64,000 nucleotides of DNA from Geosiphon pyriformis uo1 (Eukaryota; Fungi; Glomeromycota): positions 186,001 through 250,000 of the forward strand of contig JAAOMT010000523.1 in the NCBI GenBank assembly GCA_016748015.1. The letters run 5' to 3'. The position numbers and the translations under genes are program-made. Shown here in pieces: positions 1-13,313 of the stretch. Below the pieces are notes generated by a model. The model made no database searches. It saw only the letters and a program-made list of their open reading frames with translations, and was not told the DNA's origin. The first letter of the stretch is position 1. Each line of letters begins with the position of its first letter.

Positions 1-1113
1 TTATAACACTTGTCAGCAAAGAGGAGGAACAAGACCCAGTGAACCATTAAGACCAATCAAAGTGAGACAATCATTCAACTGTATTAGAATTAATTTAGTC
101 AGACCATTAACAATCATCAGCAGAGGAAACAGATACATAGCAGTAGCCATGGACTATCTCACTAAATGGCCAGAGGCGAAAGCAATTCAAAGAGCGGATG
201 CAGAATCTGTTGTCAAATTCATTCATCAGGATTTGATTTGTCGACATGGATGTTCAAAAGAATTATTATCAGACCAAGGAACTCATTTGTGAACAGAACA
301 TTAACAGAATTGAGCCAAAGATTCGGAATTAAAAGACTATTATCATCACCATACTATTCACAAACCAATGGATTAGTCGAAAGATTCAATAGAACATTGT
401 GTGAAGCAATAGCTAAGCTCAGCCAAAAAAACCAGGACAATTGAGATTTGTTAATACCATTAGTATTATTTGCTTATCGGACAATGAAGCAAGATACTAC
501 ACAAGCAACACTATTTAAATTAGTATATAGTAGAACAGCAATATTACCTGTAGAGAGAAAAATTAATACATATCCAGCTGAACCAATAACAGAAGAGAAT
601 TTTCAAGAAACATTGCTGAGAAAAACATATGACTTAATGGAAACATTGGAAAACAAACAAAGAAGAGCAGCTGATAATATTCAGAAGTCACAAGAAAAAC
701 AGAAAAAAAGACATGATAGTCAACTACCAAACAAACCAGTTGAATTCAAGATTGGAGACAAAATACTTTTACATCGTACCAAAGTGAAAAAACAATGGAG
801 TAGAAAATTTGATCCCAAATGGGACAGACCATTTCACATAGAAAAAATTCTAGGAAATGGAGCTTACAAATTAAAACTGGAAAACAAAATCTTAACCAAA
901 GCAGCACATGGAGATCAGCTGAAACCATACCACAACACCACACCACCTTTCACCAGTAATACTCCACAATTAGGGATACAGAGAATACTGGTCCAACCAA
1001 ATGAGATTCCACAAGATCTGGAACCAATCATTATTATTGACAACAACATGTAAAATTGATTCATTAAAAGAATATATAAAGACATGGCAGACATGACAGA
1101 AAAGATCAGAAAA

Positions 1114-1745
1114 ATGGAAATTACAGACAACATTCACTCACTAGCACAACAACTTTTTCAATTGATCCAACACCAAGAAATGAAGATTACAATCAATCAA
1201 CAAACCATTCGATATCAAGATACCAGAAGGACAGTACAACACAGAAGACAGAAAAAAAACCAGAAAATACCATCAACAAAATCATGGTAAAAATAAAATT
1301 GGCAATAAAAAAATCAAAAAAAGAGTCAATATATCAAGAATTGACTAAGGAAACTTGGAATTGGTGGATACAACAATTTCCAAGAAACTATTGTTATTTT
1401 TACTTAGAACAACACATGAATATCCAAAACTTATACATGGATAAAACAAAGTGGTTATTTAACACAATAATATTACAACAACTAGAACATTTTGTGAGGA
1501 AAAACAACTTATCTACACAAGCTCAAGCTGTATACCGAATACACACAGCCTTTCAGGATTGACCAGAAATCCTACTCAGCAAAGCAATGGATATGGTTAC
1601 TAGTAATCAATTGGGAAAAATCACCAATGCTCAATTTGAAGAATTACAAACTCAAATAACACAAGTAATTCTTGAAAACGAAATCCAGGAAATACTTCAA
1701 GAGAGGGAATTAAACAAGTTGGATTTCAATGGAGCTCAATATTAA
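1114..1745 (+). pseudogene. Extra ORF of element A between integrase and PPT (unknown function; frameshift and stop)
   Basis: MEITDNIHSLAQQLFQ...AVYRIHTAFQD...LDFNGAQY*. Homologous segments occur in elements B, C, D and F. Confidence 0.8.
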
Positions 1746-1761
1746 AAAAAGGAGGGAATAA

Positions 1762-2626
1762 TGTTACTTACAAAAATATAGGAAATATAGTAGCATGATT
1801 ATTAGCCAATCAGAAGTAAACATAGTAAATGTGGAATTTCAGAATTCCTCCCAGAAATTATAGGATTCCAGGAATTACAGGATTCTCACACAAGGAATTG
1901 CAGGATTCCAGAATTCTAGGATTTCTCTCAAAGGAATTGCAGAATTCCAGAAATTCCAGAATTCCTGTCATGAAGAATCAAGGAATTAAGGAATCTCAAT
2001 TATGTATATATAACAGTAGTATTAGAAGCTGAAAGAAGAAACCTCTCAGTTTAGATTTGATCTAAACAATCTTCTAGTTTCAATCATCAAATAAATAATT
2101 ATTTCATATCTCAATCCACTTTCTACTATCAACACTTCATGTTGATAGTAATTGATACTTAACCACACTGGAACAATAGCTTTTGATCATGGCTATTGAT
2201 AAGATACTAACTTACCAAATTGTCTTGGCTTATTTTTATTTTTGTTATTTTCTTTATTTGATTTTTTTTCTTTGATTTTGTTGTGTATACTAATTGATTA
2301 AGGATTAAAAGTGCTAAGTTATTGATGTCACAAATAGTCTGGTAAAAGACCCAGAAATAAGAGTAGATTTATATATATTATCAGTTAGCTTACCAGAAGG
2401 GCACAACTGCCAGAATAAATCCAGCCACCAAGCTGAAAAAAAAATTGGGAAACAACTGACAACAAACAACAAATTGCCACACTATTGAATCTCTGTCCAT
2501 TATACAAAGGATTCCATCAAAACCTTCAGATACAACACCTTCAGAATATCATTGATGGAAATAGCTTTTGAGCACCAAGTTACGGGTTTGCATTTAATTC
2601 AACACTAGAAATTGTTACCTGTAACA
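1762..2626 (+). repeat. 3' LTR of element A (LTR family A)
   Basis: TGTTAC/GTAACA termini. CCAAT ~1806, GGAATTCC-type repeat array 1830-1995, TATA-like tatgtatatata ~2001, AATAAA ~2090. Homologous to 12289-13136. Confidence 0.93.
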
Positions 2627-3364
2627 TCGTGCTTCCAAACTCACTAAATCTTTGAGAGCTAAGAAAGCAAACATTAGGTCTATTATTGATAAGAGAATGG
2701 AGAGCTTTAAGGTCAACAAGAGTCATATGATCAGGAGTATGCTGGAGCATCTATTTCATAAAGTGGTGTTAGACTATCTGATGGTTAATGATAATCTGAT
2801 TTTGGAATCTGATTTAGTTAAGTCTAAGATGGATGTGATCATGGAAGGATAAACCAGAAAGCATCATGTGGCTAATGATGTGTTAATTGATTGGCGCCAT
2901 CAATATCAACCTTTGGAATACATTTTTGATAAGGCCTTTTCTGGTGTGATATGTCCAATTGGTTTTGATGAGTTCTTTGGGGTGGTTTTTGACTTGCCTG
3001 ATAGAAAAACTGCTGGTTTGTCTGGTATCTTGAATGAACTTTGAAAACATTGCAATAAGTCTATTCTGAATATGCTTTTGGTGATTTTGAACCTCTGTCT
3101 GTTTGATGAATTGGTGTCTGGCCCTTGGAAAAAGGCCTGGGTCTCAATAATTCTCAAACCATATAAGTGAGAGGGTGTTTTGACCAATACTTGTCCTATT
3201 GCTTTGATCGAAACGGCTCGTAAGATTCTTTCTAAGGTTTTTTCTGACAGGATTTCCTTGGCATGTAGTGCTTTTGATGTCCTTCATGAAGACAATTTCT
3301 CAGTTTTAAAAAATACAAAAACTCAGTCTCCTATTTTTGCAATTGGTTCAGTGGTTGAAGACGC

Positions 3365-4373
3365 TGTTACCAGAGATTTTTGGTCTCTTTTCTTAAATGT
3401 TATTAATGTCTGTTTGTTTTAAATTCACGTTTTCTAGAAATAGTTGAACCTCCAATAACTGAATTTATTTTCAAATTATTTCCTATAATTTGAACTGCTG
3501 GGCTTATAAGTGAAATGACCAATTCTATGCCAGTTACTTTGTATAGTTACGTTGTAGTAAATGCCAACTTTTTTCCAGGAATTGCTCATCTGGAAACTCA
3601 CTAAAATGTGTAGTTACTTTGCTGTGAAAGTCAACTCTTCTACAGAAATCTTGTCTGTAGACTACCCTAATGATTACAATAAGAAAATAAAAGAAAATAA
3701 AAGAAATGTAAAAGAAATTAAATTCTGTCAAGGGAAACGTTTTCTATCCAGGCCTGGAGTCACTAATAGTTTACTGAAATTGGTAGTTAATCAATTTTAA
3801 AACGTTAGTTGAGTTTTGGGAATTTTCCAAGTGCAATAATTAAAAAATTTGGTTTTTCGAATTATTTAATATTTATTTTTTTTTGTGTGTGTAAGAATGG
3901 TTCTAGTGATAAAATCTAAAGTAAGATACATTTTTTTGAAGAGAAAAGCTCTTCTTTTATACAACTTGTTATAGTACTAGTCTATAAACTTGCACTTTTT
4001 TTCTTTGCTCAAATTTTGGTGAACTAAAGATACATTTTGATGAATTACAAGTTATTTTGCTGAACTATTGATTAATTTGGATGAACTATTCATAATTTTG
4101 GCAAATTTCTATAAATTTCGGCAAATTTCATATAAATTTCGGCAAATTTCTGTAAATTTTGGTGAATTTTAGAATGTTACAAAGTTTAGGGTATTGTGTA
4201 ATTTGATCATCTTACTTTCTGTTGTACTAATTGGATTATTAATTGAATCGTAATATGTGATAAATTGATTGAATAATAAGTGATAATTTGGATTGATATT
4301 AACATGTTAATTACTGATAGGAATTATAAGGATAATTTCATGCTAATTAATAGCTAAAATTCTACTGGTAACA
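3365..4373 (-). repeat. 3' LTR of element B
   Basis: Direct repeat of 13314-14321, adjacent to the PPT (plus strand taacttcctcctt, 4374-4386). aaatttcggc tandem array at 4093-4170. Confidence 0.96.
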
Positions 4374-4384
4374 TAACTTCCTCC

Positions 4385-5061
4385 TTAAGACTGAGCTTCG
4401 TCGAAGTCCAAGTACTATCTGTAATATCAAGATAGTAGTCCAAGATGATTGAAGTGATTTGCTCTGAAAATTGTTGAAATTTCAGTTCTGTGAGCTTTCC
4501 AATGTATTGTATTTTCAATGGTTGAAGTATTGGGCTTTGTAGGACATTTTCACAAGTATTAAACAAATCATAGAGTCTAAGAGCTGCTCTAAGTTTGTAG
4601 TGAGTGTTTGTTGATCCAGCTGCTGTCTTGAATTCATTGTGAATTTGTTTTTGTATGGCTTTTGGAATGGTATTTGTTGCTTCAAGTTCTAGTTTTTATT
4701 CATAAAGTGTTTTTCCCATGTGAAAGTATTTATAGATAGGGGTGTGTTCATTGTCTTGTTCATTGAGAAGTAGTAGAAGTTTTTGTTGCATTGTAGCATT
4801 TGGTAAAATGTCAATAGGGGCAATTAAAAAATTTTCTTCCAGTGCTTGCTTCAAAAGTCTTGGTAACTTATTTTCAGAGTGACTTCTTGTTTTTCTTTTA
4901 TAAAGGTGATAGTTCTGTAGATGGTTTACTACTGGGGCTGTGGTTTCTTTTTGAATGTAATTAATTTGACTTCCATTAATTGTTATAGATAAGTCAGGAA
5001 GTGTTTTCAAGGCTAATATTAACTTTTGGGATATTTGTTGAATATTTCGAGAAATAATCAT
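4385..5061 (-). pseudogene. Extra ORF of element B
   Basis: MIISRNIQQISQKLILAL...YFHMGKTLYE...AALRLYDLF...IGKLT, ending DFDEAQS* after a frameshift. Homologous to the extra ORF of A. Confidence 0.75.
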
Positions 5062-5099
5062 AGTAAAATTGACTAATTATGAAAAGGGAAAATAAAAAA

Positions 5100-5144
5100 A
5101 ATTATTTTTGGGTATGGGGTTTTTGTTTTTTTTTGGATTTGGGT

Positions 5145-5223
<79 letters not shown>

Positions 5224-5295
5224 TTTTTTTTTTTATTTTTTTTTCTTTTTTTTTTTTTTTTTTTTTGGGTTTTTTTTTTTTTTTTTTTTTTTGTG
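5100..5295. repeat. Poly(T)/low-complexity tract between integrase and the extra ORF of element B
   Basis: Near-homopolymeric T run. May be partly an assembly artefact. Confidence 0.85.
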
Positions 5296-8200
5296 TAATT
5301 ATTTACTATTTTTGTCTTTGTGTTTTTTTATTAAAAAATTATTGTAAAATTTAAGTGTTCAAGTTTGGTTGTTGTTCTATTATAATTATTGGTTCTAAAT
5401 TTCGGGGAATATCTTCAGGATTAATTAAAAGAAAATGTGTACCAATTTGTGGAATTAATAATTCAGGATTGTTTCTGAAATGATAGTGTTTCAATCTGTC
5501 TTCATGTGCAACTTTTGCTAGTATTTTGTTATCAAGTCTTAACTTGTATGATCCATTGCCTAGAATTTTGTGAATATAAAATGGTCCATCTCATTTGTTT
5601 TCAAATTTCCCATTCCATTGTTTTTTAGCCTTAGTTCTGTGTAAGAGAACTTTATTTCCAACTTTAAATTCATTGGTAATGGGTGGTAATTTGTTGTCAT
5701 GTCTTTCTTTTGTTAAGCTTGAGAATGTTCGATATGAGTTGCTGCTATTCTTCTTTTTTCTTCCAGTATACTAAGAAGAGTGTAGGCCCTTCTTTGAAGT
5801 ATTTCTTGAAAGTTTTCTTCATTAATTGGTTGCACAGGGTATGTTTCCATTGTGAAATTAATTAGTAATATTGCTGTTCTTCCATAAATAAGATCAAATA
5901 ATGTGTGTTTTGTAGTATCTTGTTTTAGTGTTCTGTATGCTAGTAACACTGATGGAATAAAAATATCCCATTCCTGCTCAAAATCTGTTGAGACTTTGGC
6001 CAATAATTCACACAATGTTCTGTTAAAATGTTCTACAAGTCCATTTGTTTAAGGGTGATAAGATGATGATAGAGGTCTTTTGACATTGAATTGTTCACAA
6101 ATTTTTTGTATCAAGTTGTTCACAAAATGTGTTCTTTGATTAGATAAAAGTTCAATTGAACATCCATGTCTATAAATAATGTCTTTATAGATGAAATTTG
6201 CTACTGATTTTGCATCTGCTCTTTGGATAACTCTAGCTTCAGGCTATTTGGTAAGATAATCTACTGCTACTGCAATATAGTGATTTTCTTGGGTTGTGAT
6301 AAGTAATGGTCCAACTAAATCAATTCCAACTCTGTTAAATGGTTGTCCAATTTTGATTGGATTTAAAAGTTCTGTGGGGTGAGTTTCTTCTCTTCTTTGA
6401 CAACTATCACAAGATTCTACATATTGTCAAATGTTTTTTTGCATGTGAGACCAAAAATAATGTTCAAAAGTTCTTTGAATTGTTTTATCTCTTCCCAAGT
6501 GTGCTGAAGACGGATTTGTGTGCATGTTATATAAAATTGTTTCTTTTTCATTTTCCTGTACTAATCTGAATGGTTGGTTTGGGTTTTTGTGATTTTTATA
6601 ATAGATTTTGTTGTGGTGTATGACATATTGCTTTGATTGGTGTTGTAAACAATGTTTTTTACTTGGAGACCAATTCTCTGGCATGGTAAGAGTCTCCAAA
6701 TAGTTTTTAAGATTGCTGTAGTTTCTGGAATCTATTGTTGTTTGGTTATTTTGTTGGTAGGTTGGTAAGTTATGGTGGAATTGTTGTTGGTGTTAGTTTT
6801 GTCTCATTCTTGAAAGGCTATCAACATTGGTGTGTAGTTTTCCTGGTTTGTGATGTACAATGTATCTGTAGTCTGCTAAGAAGTCATTTCATCGAGACTG
6901 TTTGGCACTTTGTTCAATTTTCTTTTTATTAAGCCATTTAAGGCCAATATTGTCAGTTATTATGTCAAATTCTTTTCCATTCTTCAAGTATTGTTGAAAA
7001 AGTTTAAGAGCCCAGATGACTGCAGCAGCTTCCAATTCAGTTGAGTCATATTTGAGTTCTGTTGACTTGAGTGTTTTACTGGCATAAGCAATGACTTGTT
7101 CCTGGCCATTTTTATTCAATTGTGATAAAATAGCACCAAATCCTATATGTGAAGCATTAGTGGCTAATTGGAACCGTTTGTTGAAATCTGGATAAGCAAG
7201 AACTGGGGCTGTTGTCAATTTTGTTTTGAGAGTTTTAAAAGCTTTTTATTGTTCTTCAGTCTATTTGTATAACACATTTTTGTTGGTAAGATAATTAAGT
7301 AGTTTGGCAATTTCTGAGAATTTTTTTATGAATTTTTGATAGTAAGAGGCTAATCCTACAAATTCTCGTAGTTTTGTAGTATTTCTAAGAGTTTGAAAGT
7401 TTTTGACAGCACTAATTGTTCCAGGATTTGGTTTGACTCCATTTTTGTTAACAATGTGTTCGAGAAAGATTAAGCTTGTTTTTCCAAAGTGACATTTTTC
7501 AATGTTTAACTTCAATCCTGCTTTCTGTAATCGTTGAAAAACTTTTCACAGGTGGATAAGATAAGTCTTAAAGCTTGGTAAGTATACATTAGTATTATCA
7601 AGATAGACAACTACTGATTGCCACAAGAGCCCTTCATATACAACATCCATGAGTTGCTAAAATGTTGCTGGTGCATTGCAAAGTCTAAAAGACATAACAT
7701 TAAACTCATAGTTTCTTTCTTGAGTGGTAAATGCTGTTTTGGGTCTATCTTTTGGATCTATTTTGACTTGTCAGTATCCACTTTCCAGGTCTAAAGTTGA
7801 GAAAAACTTGGCTTTTTCTAGAGCATCTAACATGTCATCAATTCTTAGAAGAGGGTAAATATCTCTAATTGTAACACTATTCAGTTGTCTATAATCAACA
7901 CAGAATCTGATTTTTCCGTTTTTCTTTTTAACTAAAACTACTGGTGAGGCCCAAGAACTTCTTGATGGTTGAATCAATCCATTATTGAGCATTCTTTGGA
8001 TCTCTTCTCTGATGAATTGGTGGCTGGCAGGTGGCATTCGATAAGCTTGTTAACATTTTGGTGGAGCATCTCCTGTATGGATCTGATGTTGAACAATGTT
8101 CGTTTTTCCCAAATCATTGTTGTCTTTTGCAAATATATCTGCAAATTCAGCTATTAATTGTTTTAATTGTCTTTGTTGTTGAGATTCTAAGGGACCCATG

Positions 8201-8639
8201 TTGATTCAAGAGAGTTTTTCTTTCAAAATGTGGTAGTTTTTAGTGGTAGAAATGATATTTGGATTTAGGAGTAGAGTGTGCTTTACAATTCAATGAAATT
8301 AGAGACAATTTGAGGGTTTTTTTCTTGAAAAATATTGCTGTGTATGATTCTAATTTCTAATTTGTTTAATAAGACAATAGGGTAATTATTGGGGTTGTAG
8401 AATATAACTTGAAATTTTTTCATTCCTTTGGAAATATAAACGTTTAGAATTGATATTTCATGCTTCAAACAAATTTGTTCATTGGATTCAAAGATTTGTT
8501 GAGTAGTAATGGGTTTTGAGCAAGTGTAAATTTCATGATGTTCTCCAAAAAGTGAAATAGTAATTGGTTGTGGAAGTTGAAGAATCTGGTAAGATTCATT
8601 TTGTGTATTAAGAGCTATATTTACTGAAACTGTAAATCG

Positions 8640-9030
8640 TCCAGTTGAACCAAAACCTTGAGTTCCTCTTTCACTTTTTCCCAATTGTTCTCTGTTGTTT
8701 ACTAATTGTAAACCCGAAATGCTGATTAAGAGTAAGTAAATTGCTTAAGCAATTTTTTCAGCATGTTCAATTTTGAATGGTTTGTCTGTCTCATTTTGTA
8801 ACATAATGGTAATGTTTCCAGTGTATTCTGCATCTATAACTTCTCCTCTAATATTGATTTCTTTGCTTGCCAATGATGATCTGGAGGCAATTTGAACCAT
8901 TGCTCCTGGTGGAATTTTAAGAGCAATTTTGAGATTGATTTTTGTCAAGGACTTTGGTTGGAGAACCAAAGTATCTTTTTCTGGGTATTTTAGGTCATAT
9001 CCAGCATCAATTTTATGTGCTTTTTCTGGT
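8640..9030 (-). pseudogene. dUTPase domain within pol of element B
   Basis: All five trimeric-dUTPase motifs: AGYDL, ASRSSLA, (G)VIDAEYTG, EKIA*A, RGTQGFGSTG. Confidence 0.92.
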
Positions 9031-12000
9031 CTGATTCCTTGGCCATGGTTGTCGAAATATTTAAGTTGTAGAGATGGTTGCTTTTTAAGAAGATAGATGG
9101 GAGTGGTTGGTAGTTCTTCTACTAGTTCAGATACTCCAAATTCGATTTTATTTTCATCATTCTCATCTGGCAGAGGAATGCTAAGAGCATAATATTCTAA
9201 ACACTATTGGTCATCACAAGGCATAACACATTCTTTACACAATTGAATGTTCATTTGCTCTAATCATTAAATTTGAGCTTCTTTGATCGGATATGTGTGA
9301 CTTGCAATTTGGTGGTAGGTTTCTACTTCATTTTCATAATCAAATCTAGCTAATTCTATGGTATACTCAATATATTCAGCTTTTTTCATTTAGCAGACAT
9401 CTTCTTGGGTGGCTCCATTGATCAATGCTATTGCTAGGTCAAAAATTATTTTAGTATCATGAGGGTAATGGTAAAGTTTATTGAGAGTACTGTTGTATGC
9501 TGCATCAAATGGTGTTCCTCTTCTGACTTTTTTCGAAATTAATAGAGCATATTGACAAATCTGATCACATACTCCTCTTCTTATTGCTACATTAATCCAA
9601 TTGCATTCTTCTGGTAGTTTTTTTCCACAAGTAAGGCAAGGAGTTTTGTCCCATTTTCCACTTCTCTTTGGGGATTCAAATTGTTTTCTATGGCATGCCT
9701 TATAGAAGTAGCAGGTGCAAGTTTCATATTCCTTTTTTGGAGAAATACAGGCTCTCATAGATGAAAGCTTCTTTTTGCAATTTTTGCATTTTAGTGGAAT
9801 GTATGGTGGTTCTTTTTGTGGTTCTAGTGTGGAATATCTAACTTTCTTCCATCCTCTTGATTCTTCAAAAATCTCTTGTTCTGTTTCCTCAGCCCAATTG
9901 GATGGTGATCTAAAAGCCATGTAGGTTTCAGTAAGTGGCATTTTCTTCTCTTTTTTAAATTCAAATACTGGAGCTTTTTCTGATTATTTGTTAAAGGTAC
10001 CACAGGTTGCAGATACTATGGTATATTGTCCTTGGTATAAGATTTTAAGTTTTTGAGTTTCCCAGTTCAGGTTTGTATTGGCCTTAAGAAGCCAATCATT
10101 TCTGACTAGAGCTTAGTATTGGGGTGCATCCATAATAAGAACTTTAACTGGAATGATGATTCCATCAATTGTAAAAAAGAAATCATCAATTTCTCCTACT
10201 AGAGTCTTCTTCATATCATCAGCTGTGACAATAACTGTTTGAGCTAGTCTGTCTATATTTTGTTTGAGTTGTTGCATCAGCTGGTAAGTGATGATACTTT
10301 CAGCCAATCCACTATCTGAGATTAAATGAATGGGGTTTTCTTCCACTGTAGCTTCTGTGTACATAGCAGTAATTGCTTTCTGTTCATTGACTGCTGCATT
10401 ATTAAGCAGAAATGGTGATTTATTTGCTTCAAATTCAAATGGAAATATATCTGACAGATTGGCATTTTGGGCAATTTGAGCTGGTGGAATGGTGTGGTTG
10501 GAAGGGTTTGATCTTGGTGCTGCAACTTCACCTTCAGAAAGTGCAGTTTGTTGAAAATCCGATTCCTCTGGTATTGTAAGATAACTGGGTTGAGTGTGAT
10601 AGTGATTGGGTTTTTGCTGACCAGAATTTCGGGGAACCAACTGGTTATTTGGATTGATTCTGTTGTTGTTACTCTGCAATTGATTTTGGGATGTGAATTG
10701 GTTATGTTGAACCAATCTTTTTGCTGATACTTGATATTGTTGAGTGGGTGGTGTTTAATATGGCTGAATTGGTAAAGGTTGCTGATATTGTTGCTGTATT
10801 GGTTGTGGAGCTGGTAGATAGTAACTGTTTTGATTTTGTGGTCTTGGTGAATAATAGGTTGGTGGTAGAGATTGGTAATAAGATTGTTGTGGTAAAGAGT
10901 AATATTAATTACTCCTGTTTTGTTGGTCTCTTTGTAATTTCCTACAATCTCATTTCCAGTATCCTGGAATTCTACAATAATAACAATTTTGAGGTTGGTT
11001 GTTGGATGGTGATCCAAAATTGTTTTGGTTGCATCATTGTGGGAGTTGATATCTTTGTGGTTGTTGTTGCTGTTGTTGTTGGTTTGTGAAGTAGCTTTCA
11101 ACCTTTTTTGTGAGTTGGTCTATTTTCTCTTCAGCTGCTGAGCTGGTTTCTCCAATTGTAAGATTTACAAGCTTGGTGTGATTTGCTTCTTCTATTGCCA
11201 TTTTATAGCTCTTTACATATTTAATAGCAGTTGCTAAGTCTGCTGGAGCATGTGAACAGACTTTTTTAATTAGTTTGTCTTTTAACCCTGCTATAAACTA
11301 ATCCAGAATTTGAGCATCAGAATAGTAGTCATTGGTTTCCAATTGTCGGATTTGTCTGAGAAGTTTGTTAAATCTTCCAAAATAGGTCATAACAGTTTCA
11401 GATGTTTCTTGTTTGATATTGCAAAAGCGGTTTCTGAGAGTGATAGAGGTATTGTTGTTGGTGAATTGTTGTAGAAAAGCATCTTTGAATGCTTGCCAGT
11501 TTTTAAATGGTTTTTCTAAATTTTCAAACCATTTTCCTGTTGTTTCTTAGAAAAAGTAGGGAATTGTTTTAAGCATTTTTGCTGCAATCCAACTATTTAC
11601 ATCTCCTGCTTTTTGAACTTTGTTGAGCCATTCTTGAGGACTGGTATCATTATCTTCACCTGTGAATTTTGGAATCTTTGCAATATAAGCAGTTGCTATT
11701 TTCTCTTCATTTTCTGTGGTTTTTTTTTGTTCTGATTCAGTTTCTTCACTTTCCAAATTTTCTGAATGATCACTTTCGTTTTCCTGCAAGTATTCAATAA
11801 TATTGGTGCTTGTTGATATAGGTTCCTGCTGTTGAGTAGAATTTCTAGGTGACTGAAAATCTTCTGGTCTGGAGAAACGGTTAAGTGGTGAATTTGGTGT
11901 TTGTGGTCGAGCAAGTGAAATTGAAAATGGTGTGATAAAAAGTGGTAATTTGATACTGGTTCCTTGTTCAGATGTTTGCAAGTGTTTGGCAGTTGTCTTT

Positions 12001-12288
12001 GGTAGTATTGGAGTGTTTGGAGCAGTTTTTGAGTGTTGTTTCACTTTTTGTTTGCCTTTGTTGCCTGTTTCTGTTTTTAATTCAAAGTCAAAAGAGTATT
12101 TAGACTGTACTGGGTATTTTTCTTCACAATACTTGATAATGTTGTAATTGAGTTCTTGAAAGTAGGTGGCAAGTGTTTTACTGTTAAGGTCTTCAGTTCT
12201 CAATTGTGAATAGTGTACTAGATTATTGTAGAGGTTGCTTCTTACTTCTGAAATGTTGTAATTTCTAAGAAGATAATTGTTGATATAG

Positions 12289-13136
12289 TGTTATTCATAG
12301 AATAGAGGAAGTATATTATTATTAGCAAGTAAAGATTAGCCAATCAGAAATAGACATAATAAATGTGGAATTCCAGAATTACTCTCAGAGGAATTGCAGA
12401 ATTCCAGGAATTGCAGAATTCCTGTTGCAAGGAATTGAAGAATTGAGGAATCTCAAATATGTATATATAGCAGTAGCATTAGAAGCAAAAAAGACAGAAT
12501 TAACACCAAGAATCCTTAGCTTAGTTACCACAATCCTCAAATAAATAATTATTCACTATATCAAATTCATTCTTCACTATCAACACTTTATGTTAATAAT
12601 AACTGATACTTAACTATACTGGAACAATAGCTCTTGATTACAGCTATTGATGAGATACTAACTTGCAAATTGTCTTGGCTTATTTCTTATTTTTTCTTTT
12701 ATCTTTTCTTTATTTTCTTTGTTGTCTACTAACTTGATTAAAAAATTTACTCTTGGAAAACTTACGGAGAAATAAAACTTACTTAAAAAATACTTATTCT
12801 TGGAGAACTTACAGAGGAATAAACTTGCTTAAACAATACTTACTCTTGGAGGACTTATGGAAAAACTGACATCAGGAAACAGCACTGGTATACACTTATG
12901 AAAGATATCGTACCAGAAAAATCATCAACCATCAAGCTGAGCAAGCAATCGATAAAACTATGGTTTCAGAAAACTACTGATAAACTGTTACCATTGAATT
13001 TCTGTCCATTATACAAAGAACTCGATTGAAAAACCTTCAGACAAAATACCTTTAGATTATTATCATCATCCATTGCTTTGTGCACCAAGTTACGGATTTG
13101 TTATTTACTTGACACCCCAAAGAATCACCTGTAATA
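12289..13136 (+). repeat. Solo LTR (family A) inserted in gag of element B
   Basis: Homologous to 1762-2626. Termini tgttat/gtaata, TSD atag/atgg. The gag frame of B rejoins across it. Confidence 0.9.
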
Positions 13137-13295
13137 ATGGTTTTCAATGTATTAGTAGAGTGTTTTTTCAACAATTTCAATTCCATCTGGGATGTTGAAT
13201 CTCTGCTTGCAATGAGTGTAAATTGACTAATAATACTTTAGAGTTGCTGTGTCTGGTGTGGTTGCCACTTTGAAATTGTTATTGCTGTGTTATTT

Positions 13296-13313
13296 CCGTG
13301 AAAGAGCACCAAA
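13296..13313 (-). other. Primer-binding site of element B
   Basis: tttggtgctctttcacgg immediately internal to the 5' LTR. TGG is complementary to a tRNA CCA end. Confidence 0.85.

Larger units (their letters stand above)
1..2626 (+). mobile_element. Ty3/Gypsy LTR retrotransposon A, 3' part (integrase, extra ORF, PPT, 3' LTR); 5' part lies outside the window
   Basis: Integrase motifs 'VAMDYLTKWPEAKAI', 'SDQGTHF', 'QTNGLVERFNRTL' and GPY/F-type 'PKWDRPF' spread over frameshifted ORFs at 62-1053. Purine tract aaaaaaaggagggaataa ~1744-1761. LTR TGTTAC...GTAACA. Confidence 0.95.

Noticed and set aside
1830-1995. CRISPR-like or canonical heat-shock-element array
   Set aside because: No unique spacers or cas genes, and the context is a eukaryotic LTR. 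GAA/TTC spacing mostly does not fit nGAAnnTTCn.
3561-3800. Duplicated small ORFs at 3561/13510 and 3534/13483
   Set aside because: They lie within the two LTRs of element B. The duplication reflects LTR identity, not genes.
5108-5347. Poly-Phe ORF
   Set aside because: Translation of a poly(T) tract, not a plausible protein. The tract may be partly an assembly artefact.
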